The notes beneath the pieces were generated by a model. The model was not told where the DNA came from. It worked only from the letters and a program-made list of their open reading frames with translations, and did not search any database. Made by a program: the position numbers and the translations under genes. 64,000 bases of DNA from a virus (taxonomy: Duplodnaviria > Caudoviricetes), in the IMG/VR virus record IMGVR_UViG_3300027563_000005, positions 1-64,000 of that record; one strand, given 5' to 3'. Shown piece by piece: positions 49,691 through 57,142 of this stretch. How positions within the stretch are numbered: the first letter of the stretch is position 1; each line of letters starts with the position of its first letter.

Positions 49691-50839
49691 CTACTTTTCT
49701 TCTAGTGATTTTACTCTTGCCGTAAGCTCTTGTACCGCTTTAATTAAAGGAGAAATAAACTCTTCATATCTTAATGCTTGTTGGCCTTCTGGATCTGCAA
49801 TATCGGATATAACCCATCCACCAAAATCTGAAACATTTGCTTGATCTAAAACAGATTTAACCTGCTGGGCAATTAATCCGTAGTGAGTTCTATTTCCATC
49901 AATTTTATTATACTTTACTGGCTCAAGACTATTTATAAAAGATAGCCCAAGGTCAGAAGGCAAAATATTTTCTTTTGTTCTTTGATCTGATATAACAGTA
50001 GCTGCTGAATTTAAATATATATTTTTCCAGCCTCTTGTTACGTTATCTGGGCCAGAGTTTATTGGTCCAAGTAAACCTAAACTAAAGCTGTTAGTTACAA
50101 ACGGATACCAAGAAGAGTTAACACCAGTAGACGAAGTGGCCGTGGCTACCAATGAAATTCTTGTTGCAATTGGATCTATGCTAGGAGATGGGCCTGTTGC
50201 GCCTGTTGCGCCAGGAGCGCCAGCAGCGCCAGGAGCGCCATCTGCGCCTCTTGGAATAGTAAAGTTTAAAACAACATCATTAGCTGTTCCAGAATTTGTT
50301 ACTGCAGCTTGGGAACCAGCAGCAGCTGTTGTGACTGTCGGGGATATTGCAATTGTTGCCGCAGGAAATCCCTGTAAGCCTCTTTCGCCAGTATCTCCCT
50401 TAGCTCCGTTTGTCCCATTTGTTCCTGGGGTTCCAGGTTCGCCTTTGTCACCTTTGGGAAGTATTAGGTTTAAAATTTGTGACGGAGAGGATCCAGTAAT
50501 TGTTGCAGATGCGCTTAATCCTGAATCTACTGTTCCTATTGATAAAATATTAGAGGGTCCTGGTCCGCCTAAAATTCCGTCTTGACCTCTTGGTATATTA
50601 AATGTCAAAGATTGTGTAGGTGATGTTCCGCTAATTGTTACTGAGGCACTCTGTCCAGCATTAAGTGTATTTGTTGCGGCTACGCTTAGTGTATTGGATG
50701 GACCCGTTAGGCCTTGTGGTCCAGGATTTGCTGCAATAAAAGCAGCGATGTCTGTTCCTAAAATACCAAGATCTCTAGGTACGTCGGGTGAGTCCGAGTA
50801 ACTTGGGAAACGCCATCCATTAACGCCTACTGTTGCCAT
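49691..50839 (-). CDS. collagen-like fibre protein with C-terminal intramolecular chaperone (peptidase S74-like)
   Basis: Gly-X-Y runs (GDKGEPGTPGTNGTNGAKGDTGERGLQG), repeated LxFxIPRG, SDQRTKENI...HYGLIAQQV...LRYEEFISPLIKAVQEL. Confidence 0.85.
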   Translation of the reverse strand: MATVGVNGWRFPSYSDSPDVPRDLGILGTDIAAFIAANPGPQGLTGPSNTLSVAATNTLNAGQSASVTISGTSPTQSLTFNIPRGQDGILGGPGPSNILSIGTVDSGLSASATITGSSPSQILNLILPKGDKGEPGTPGTNGTNGAKGDTGERGLQGFPAATIAISPTVTTAAAGSQAAVTNSGTANDVVLNFTIPRGADGAPGAAGAPGATGATGPSPSIDPIATRISLVATATSSTGVNSSWYPFVTNSFSLGLLGPINSGPDNVTRGWKNIYLNSAATVISDQRTKENILPSDLGLSFINSLEPVKYNKIDGNRTHYGLIAQQVKSVLDQANVSDFGGWVISDIADPEGQQALRYEEFISPLIKAVQELTARVKSLEEK

Positions 50840-50845
50840 TTTTTA

Positions 50846-50854
50846 ATTATACCA
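50846..50854 (-). promoter_or_regulatory. extended -10 promoter, probably leaderless
   Basis: TGGTATAAT 6 nt before ATG at 50839. Confidence 0.65.
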
Positions 50855-50856
50855 CC

Positions 50857-51519
50857 TTAGATCTTATATGCAGATAAGTGTGAAGTATATCTTTCGCCAG
50901 ACACAACTTCTTTAACTTCATGAAGATACGGCTCTTGGCTTGGAAAAATAACAAGACTTCCTGGTGCTGGCTTTAACGATATGTTATGGTTTGGGAAGCT
51001 TATTTCTCCACCTTCATATTCATCGTTTATGTAAGTTATCATAGAAAATGCTAGGTCTGTGTCTCCGTCGTAGCTATCGCAATGTGGACCCATTGCAGAT
51101 CCTTTTACCCAGCGCCTTAATGGAATGCTTTGCATCTTAAGGCTATATGAATTCTTGTCTAGCTGGTGCGAAGCCAAATACATTTCAAAAGACATCTGTG
51201 CTGCCATTTCAAAACTGTTTTTAATATAAAGTATTTTTTGGTTTAGCTTTTCATCATCTGTTTTATTCAATACATTTTCTGTTAAAATATTTTTGTTGTT
51301 TCCATAAATAAGAGAGGCGTCATTGCTTGCTGTCCAGTCTTCCCACTTTGTAATTGCCTGGTGGCTTCTTTCGTCTGCATCCACAAGATGTATAAACTTT
51401 AATAGCTCTTCTGGGTAGCTTAAAACATTTTTAAAGTACCATATGTCTTTTTCAAGAATTTGTACGTCAAACATGTGATACATGTCGTTTGGGTTAAATG
51501 TTTCTTTTGATATTTCCAT
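50857..51519 (-). CDS. 2OG-Fe(II) oxygenase, prolyl-4-hydroxylase-like
   Basis: HCD, YINDEYEGGE, HEVKEVVSGERY. Confidence 0.9.
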   Translation of the reverse strand: MEISKETFNPNDMYHMFDVQILEKDIWYFKNVLSYPEELLKFIHLVDADERSHQAITKWEDWTASNDASLIYGNNKNILTENVLNKTDDEKLNQKILYIKNSFEMAAQMSFEMYLASHQLDKNSYSLKMQSIPLRRWVKGSAMGPHCDSYDGDTDLAFSMITYINDEYEGGEISFPNHNISLKPAPGSLVIFPSQEPYLHEVKEVVSGERYTSHLSAYKI

Positions 51520-52277
51520 TAAATATTCTCCACTTCAGACGCTGGGATATTATACCCATCGGGGGTTAATCTTAACCCTTTGTCACGAACTTTTTTCCAG
51601 TCTTCTTGTTCGCCTTTTTGCATTGCTCTAACTTCTGCTAATTCTTTTGCCCATTCGTCACGGACTTCTTGTGGGTAATCTGATTCTTCTCTGTCGTCCC
51701 AGAATGATCCAAGTGTATATCTTGGACTACCTTTTACTACTGTTACTTCGTGCATATTTTTATGCCCGCCGTGAAAAATTAAAAATGATCCAGCTTTTGG
51801 AACAATTTCCATTGGAAGGTTTCCGTGATCAGCGTCAAATTTTAATGTCCCTCCTTCAAAGTCATCATTCAGGTATAAGAATCCAGCATATCTACTTCTA
51901 GTAAATGCTCCCATCTTACCTTTATTGTCACTGTTGTCGGAATGCTTTGGGGCAAATGCTCCTGGCAACCATCTCTGCACGTGAAAACTTATTTTTGACA
52001 TATCTGAAACATTTTTATTTGCAACTTCAGATGCAGCTACTTTAAATTTTTCTTGTATGTCTGTAAACCAAGTATTTGATAAATTAAATTTTTCTAGTAT
52101 TGGCTCTCCATCGTAAGGATACCTAGCAGAATAAGATTCATAAAAAGAAATTCCTTTCCAGTAATCCTCATCAGTTTCCTCTAATTCTTTTAAAACATTA
52201 ATTACAGAAGTGCATTCCTCTGGTGTAATAAAACCTTCATATAAAAATATATCATCAGATAGCTTTATTAGATTCAT
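51519..52277 (-). CDS. 2OG-Fe(II) oxygenase, prolyl-4-hydroxylase-like
   Basis: HSD, YLNDDFEGG, HEVTVVKGSPRY. Confidence 0.9.
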   Translation of the reverse strand: MNLIKLSDDIFLYEGFITPEECTSVINVLKELEETDEDYWKGISFYESYSARYPYDGEPILEKFNLSNTWFTDIQEKFKVAASEVANKNVSDMSKISFHVQRWLPGAFAPKHSDNSDNKGKMGAFTRSRYAGFLYLNDDFEGGTLKFDADHGNLPMEIVPKAGSFLIFHGGHKNMHEVTVVKGSPRYTLGSFWDDREESDYPQEVRDEWAKELAEVRAMQKGEQEDWKKVRDKGLRLTPDGYNIPASEVENI

Positions 52278-53095
52278 TACATTGCACCAGGTCCCGATTT
52301 GTCTCCAACCAAATCGTCATACTCTACTGGCTTTCCGTCTTGCAAATATCTCATATTTCTTGCATCTTCAAAATCAATTCTTTTTGATTCTTTTTTCATC
52401 CAGTTGTATGCTCCAAAAGTAAGTTGGTTTTGTAGCCATTCTTTTGAGCCAGCATATCTGTGCATTACAAAGTTTCTAACAAAAAACTTTTCTCCATTGT
52501 AAATTGTTTTAACTCCATGAAAATATGGTTCGTCTGAAGGAAACACTAAAATGTCTCCAGCCTTTGGCTTGTGATTTACTATCTTGCCATCAACAACAAA
52601 CTCAATGTCTCCGCCGTCATAATCATCATTGATATACATTGTGCATGTAAGTAAGAATTTTGGTCCAGGCATTTCTCTTTGAGAAATAATATAGTCTGTG
52701 TGGTACTGCATTGTCATTTTGTTTTCTAAAACATCAACCTGGTCGTTATATTTTGAGAATGAGGATCCAGTAAAATACCAGTCTTCTGGTAGCTCAACTC
52801 CGTGTCTGGTGATGTAGTCACTTAAAACTAGGTCGTAGGCATCTTGAACCTGTTTAGCAAAATCTTTTTCTTCGATAAACATTGGGTCCTGATTGTCTTG
52901 ATTTATTTCAGCAGTATCTTTTATTTGTGTATATGTTCCAAAAGATGCCCACTTATCCCAATTTTTTAAATAATGCTTTCCTTCAGATGTTCTTTCTGAT
53001 TTTTTCATTGTTTCGTATAAAGCTTTTGGGTCACGCAAAACATTTCTGTATACATCTACTTTTGGGTATAACTCTACATATTCTAAATTACTCAT
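52277..53095 (-). CDS. 2OG-Fe(II) oxygenase, prolyl-4-hydroxylase-like
   Basis: HTD, YINDDYDGGD, HGVKTIYNGEK; probable start MSNLEY at 53095 (ATGA overlap). Confidence 0.9.
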   Translation of the reverse strand: MSNLEYVELYPKVDVYRNVLRDPKALYETMKKSERTSEGKHYLKNWDKWASFGTYTQIKDTAEINQDNQDPMFIEEKDFAKQVQDAYDLVLSDYITRHGVELPEDWYFTGSSFSKYNDQVDVLENKMTMQYHTDYIISQREMPGPKFLLTCTMYINDDYDGGDIEFVVDGKIVNHKPKAGDILVFPSDEPYFHGVKTIYNGEKFFVRNFVMHRYAGSKEWLQNQLTFGAYNWMKKESKRIDFEDARNMRYLQDGKPVEYDDLVGDKSGPGAM

Positions 53096-53781
53096 GGTTG
53101 CTTGTCTCCAGTATGCTTTTGTATTGTCCAAAAAAACGGCGATGTAAATCTATTACCAGATTTTACTGGGCGGACTCCGTGTGTATAAAACCTATCTCCT
53201 GGGAAGAAATAAGCAGCTCCTGCTTTTGGCTTAAACTCTATTCCGTGTTGCGGAAAATAAAGTTCTCCGCCTTCGTAATCATCATTAAAATAAAATAATC
53301 CCGATAAATCGTACCAAGGAAAATCATTTGCTCTTCCCTGTTCAATTCCTGTGTGGAATTCTTTATCAGCATGTGGCTCTTGTCTTGCACCTATTGGCCA
53401 CCTTACAATTGCTGGGCCAGTTTCTTTTGCATCAACATCAAAAAATTTGTCTACTTCAATTTTTAATCTTGCAATCATGCTATTTATTAACTCAAGAATT
53501 GTTGGGTCTGACGCCATGAGGGAATTGTATGTACATACCCTATCCTTCCAAATGTCGGCGTCGTATAAAACAAGACCATCTTCATCTGCATGGGTTTCTG
53601 TGTGGTCCCAAATTTTATTATTTAAAGCAAAACTAATAAGTCTTTCTCGCTCTTCTGTGGTTAAAAAATTCTCTAACTCTACGATGTTATCGGAAGAGTC
53701 TCCAAAAAAACCAGATGGAGTTATTGACTTGGGGGCGTTATGCTTATTCCAGTCGTTTGCTATTGCTTGATTATTATTCAT
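53092..53781 (-). CDS. 2OG-Fe(II) oxygenase, prolyl-4-hydroxylase-like
   Basis: HAD, YFNDDYEGGELYF, HGVRPVKSGNR. Confidence 0.9.
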   Translation of the reverse strand: MNNNQAIANDWNKHNAPKSITPSGFFGDSSDNIVELENFLTTEERERLISFALNNKIWDHTETHADEDGLVLYDADIWKDRVCTYNSLMASDPTILELINSMIARLKIEVDKFFDVDAKETGPAIVRWPIGARQEPHADKEFHTGIEQGRANDFPWYDLSGLFYFNDDYEGGELYFPQHGIEFKPKAGAAYFFPGDRFYTHGVRPVKSGNRFTSPFFWTIQKHTGDKQP

Positions 53782-53787
53782 ATTATT

Positions 53788-53796
53788 ATTATACCA
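53788..53796 (-). promoter_or_regulatory. extended -10 promoter, probably leaderless
   Basis: TGGTATAAT 6 nt before ATG at 53781. Confidence 0.65.
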
Positions 53797-53803
53797 TTTC
53801 TAT

Positions 53804-54514
53804 TTATTTACTAATATCACGAACATTTAGTATTATTTTTTTGGCCTGGTGGGACCCAAGAGAATTTCCTTTATGATCAACAGCATTTTTATATAGGCCA
53901 GCCCAATCCCCATCTTTTTGTCTTCTAGTAACATACTCGGTATATTCTGGATCGTTCTGTACTTCATCTAGGGGCAAATCCAATCCGTTGCTTATTATGG
54001 CAGTAGAGTGATTTATTTGTGCTAGATCTATTGGTAATACTGAAACTACTGGTGTGCCCGCTTTTATTGTTATTGGAACATCTTTTTTTGAAATTTTCCA
54101 CGCTGGGCTTAGCTGACCTTTTAAAAACGAAGCATTTAATAAAACTTCTAAAACATGAACTCCGTCTATAAATTGGTTTGGAACTCTTTTTACCCACAAG
54201 GTTAAATTCTCATCTGTTTTAAACATCAGCCCAGTGTTAAATGTAATTATATCATTTCTGCTATCAATGTATAGGTACTCTTCTCCAGAAATTACTTCTA
54301 TATATTTTTGCTGTGGTTTTGGATTTGAGTTGCAAATAAAAGTTATATCTTTTGGAAAAGATATTCCCCATCCAAGATTATTTACTAGGCCAAGCGGAAA
54401 ACATCTGTATGCGTGTTTTTCTGGCGTGTCGTCCATCCAGTCTCTTTTAGTTTCCAATGCAGTTAAATTTCCTAGGCTATCTGAAAGCCTATATACATTA
54501 AATTCAATTGGCAT
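53804..54514 (-). CDS. DUF6065-like protein
   Basis: KRDWMDDT...HAYRCFPL...N.LGW N-terminal signature; paralog of next gene. Confidence 0.7.
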   Translation of the reverse strand: MPIEFNVYRLSDSLGNLTALETKRDWMDDTPEKHAYRCFPLGLVNNLGWGISFPKDITFICNSNPKPQQKYIEVISGEEYLYIDSRNDIITFNTGLMFKTDENLTLWVKRVPNQFIDGVHVLEVLLNASFLKGQLSPAWKISKKDVPITIKAGTPVVSVLPIDLAQINHSTAIISNGLDLPLDEVQNDPEYTEYVTRRQKDGDWAGLYKNAVDHKGNSLGSHQAKKIILNVRDISK

Positions 54515-55214
54515 CTGTACCGCCCTTTAATCTTATTGATTTTAGTTGATGCTCTCCTATTTTGTTTCCAAGATTATCAACGGCGTCTCTGTAAAAATTT
54601 GACCATTCCCCAGACTGATTAATTTCTTCAAGCGCTATTGAATATGCTGGAGTAAGAAATTCTGTTTTTGGTACTTCATGAATATCTCGCAATTCCATTT
54701 CTGAATTTTGTAATTCCATTAAATTCATTGGTACGACTGATATTATTGGGGTATTAGCTTTTATTGTTATTTCTACATTTGGCCTTGTAATTCTCCAAGC
54801 ACATGGAAGGTCTCCCCTAAAAAATGATGTTGAAACAAGCGTTGTAAATGGAACAACACCATCAATAAATTGATTTGGCACTGGCATTGAAAGCAAAGTT
54901 TCTTCTGGGTCTGTGATAAACATCACTCCAGTACGAAAGCTTACAGTCGCATTTGCACGATCTGGATAGGCGTATTTTTCACCTTTAAGAATTTTTACAT
55001 GCTCTCCAGATGTATCAGAAATTCCGTCCCATATAAAAGTTATGTCTTCTGGGAAAGATACGCCCCAGCCAAGCTGATTAGTTAGGCTGACGGGGAAGCA
55101 TTTGTATGCATGAGCCTTCCAAGTATCATCCATCCAGTCTCTTTTAACAGACAGAGGAGATACGTTTGCAAGACCGTCTCTAGTTTTGTATACCTTTATG
55201 TTTTTCACGTTCAA
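54504..55214 (-). CDS. DUF6065-like protein
   Basis: KRDWMDDT...HAYKCFPV...NQLGW; C-terminal FYRDAVD. Confidence 0.7.
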   Translation of the reverse strand: MNVKNIKVYKTRDGLANVSPLSVKRDWMDDTWKAHAYKCFPVSLTNQLGWGVSFPEDITFIWDGISDTSGEHVKILKGEKYAYPDRANATVSFRTGVMFITDPEETLLSMPVPNQFIDGVVPFTTLVSTSFFRGDLPCAWRITRPNVEITIKANTPIISVVPMNLMELQNSEMELRDIHEVPKTEFLTPAYSIALEEINQSGEWSNFYRDAVDNLGNKIGEHQLKSIRLKGGTDAN

Positions 55215-55869
55215 CCCTTTCGGCTCTCATTTGCATAAACTCTTGGTTGTGTGCGTGATCATTATAATCAAGCATTGTTACAATTGAATATTTTCTACCA
55301 GAATTTACTGGTGCGGCTAAGTGAGAGAAGAGATAGGTTGATGGGAATATGTATAGGTCTCCAGCCTGTGGCTTAATGCTTAAGTTTAATTTTGGAAAAA
55401 CAAGTTCTCCGCCTTCATACTCATCGTTTGGGTAAGCAACTAAGGAAACGGTGGCGCTGTAAGAAAATCCATGGTCTGCATGCTCTTGAAAATGTTGTCC
55501 TGGACCATACTGAATAAAGTTCATTACTTCCCAGTAATTCATTCTAACGTTATATGCAGCACAATAATCTTCAACTGCTGGTATCTGTGCGTTGTAAGAG
55601 TCTTGCCAAATTGTAGCAAGTGTGGCTTGATCATCGTTTATTGGATTAGTAATTTCTCCAATTTTAAAATCTCTGCAGTCTCTATAGCTTGGCTTCTTTT
55701 CCATGTATCCTACTGTGGCGTCCTGCCATGACAAGCCACTTGAATTATTTTCTAGCAAGACACTTACTCTGTTCATGATGTCAAGCTCTGGGGTAAATAC
55801 GTTGCGGTATACCCACATGCCTGGAAATAGCATTTCTTTTGATGACCAATTTTGACTAATGTTACTCAT
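55180..55869 (-). CDS. 2OG-Fe(II) oxygenase, prolyl-4-hydroxylase-like
   Basis: YGPGQHFQEHAD, YPNDEYEGGEL, HLAAPVNSGRKY. Confidence 0.9.
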   Translation of the reverse strand: MSNISQNWSSKEMLFPGMWVYRNVFTPELDIMNRVSVLLENNSSGLSWQDATVGYMEKKPSYRDCRDFKIGEITNPINDDQATLATIWQDSYNAQIPAVEDYCAAYNVRMNYWEVMNFIQYGPGQHFQEHADHGFSYSATVSLVAYPNDEYEGGELVFPKLNLSIKPQAGDLYIFPSTYLFSHLAAPVNSGRKYSIVTMLDYNDHAHNQEFMQMRAERVEREKHKGIQN

Positions 55870-56466
55870 TTATTCTCCTAGTTTAGTATAGTTTAACATA
55901 TCATCAGGTAGTATGTCAATAATTAAATGGGTTCTGTCTTCACTGCTTTTATTGCTAACGGCATGCGGTAGCATATTATTTATTTCGTAGATACCAAACT
56001 CTTCCATATGAATGGTATTATTAAAGACCGTAAAGGTAACGTCTTTATTAGTAATGATTGGGATGTGGACTCTCCTAGAAAAATTTAATAGGGGGCCTGC
56101 ATCAACATGCTTATGAACTTCTGAATTTGCGTGTAGCTTAATTATCTCACATCTAATTACTTTTCCGCAATAGCGTTCTTCCAGATAATTAAAAAGTTTA
56201 TCTAATTCTTCTTGGGCTTCTTTTGTTTTTAGAGAATTTTCATAAGTTGTAACAATCTCTAGGTCTGGGGTCCATTCGTATGGGGTTGAGCATATTCTAA
56301 ACATTTCTGTATTTGTGTGAACAAGTCCATGATTTTGTCTTGTAGTATTTAAAAGCCACTCATCAGAAAAATTAGAAACTTCTGCTTTTATCATTTTTAT
56401 ATCACAAAAGCCTAAATGTTTAATTGACCATTTGGTATCTTTTTTTATTCTTTGATACATACTCAT
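55870..56466 (-). CDS. aspartyl/asparaginyl beta-hydroxylase-like 2OG oxygenase
   Basis: HKHVD, RVHIPIITN, EINNMLPHAVSN...RTHLIID. Confidence 0.85.
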   Translation of the reverse strand: MSMYQRIKKDTKWSIKHLGFCDIKMIKAEVSNFSDEWLLNTTRQNHGLVHTNTEMFRICSTPYEWTPDLEIVTTYENSLKTKEAQEELDKLFNYLEERYCGKVIRCEIIKLHANSEVHKHVDAGPLLNFSRRVHIPIITNKDVTFTVFNNTIHMEEFGIYEINNMLPHAVSNKSSEDRTHLIIDILPDDMLNYTKLGE

Positions 56467-57142
56467 ACACCTCCATGTCCATTTTATTTAAATCTTCTAT
56501 TTTACTTATTTGAGATTTTGTTAAATTTAACTCTAGCCCTGGGGATCTATTTGCTGGGTCTGACCTGTGTTTAAACGACTCAAAACCAAAATTATTTTTT
56601 AATGCCTTATTTAAATCTTCTTTAAACAAGGATATATCCTCAAGTGTATAATAGTAAAAATTTTGTAAATTGTCAATTGCTTTTTGAGGCCCGCCCTCTA
56701 TTCCTTCCAAGTACCACCCGCTATCAATAGTATGCTGAAAATAATTAAAGTGTTTATTAAACTGATCAATGTTTGTTTTTCCAATTAAAAATTTAGTCTG
56801 AAGGTTTGACTGCATTTCGGACTGTTCTCCATATAGCCAGCTCTCAAGCTTTTCTTCAGATTCTTTGCCCGCCCTTATTAAACCAGTTGTATATTTAAAA
56901 TAGCTTACAAATCTATCTACTGGATTTCTTATTATTGTAAATACTTCTGGGTTGTTCATATAATCTAAGGGCATGGTTCCAAAATGTCCGCCAACAAATA
57001 AACTTTTATTTATAACAGATGGTTCTATTATTGTTCTATTTGAAACAAAATGTGAAACCCCACCAGTAATTAGGTGGGGCAGCACATGATTCTTTATATG
57101 TATTCCAGCAGTGCGTGGGATATGTAGGTGGTAAATAGACAT
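56420..57142 (-). CDS. sulfotransferase-family protein
   Basis: HIPRTAG (5'-phosphosulfate loop-like), GH, RNPVDRFVSYF (3'-phosphate-binding-like), terminal NKMDMEVYEY. Confidence 0.8.
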   Translation of the reverse strand: MSIYHLHIPRTAGIHIKNHVLPHLITGGVSHFVSNRTIIEPSVINKSLFVGGHFGTMPLDYMNNPEVFTIIRNPVDRFVSYFKYTTGLIRAGKESEEKLESWLYGEQSEMQSNLQTKFLIGKTNIDQFNKHFNYFQHTIDSGWYLEGIEGGPQKAIDNLQNFYYYTLEDISLFKEDLNKALKNNFGFESFKHRSDPANRSPGLELNLTKSQISKIEDLNKMDMEVYEYVSKNKKRYQMVN

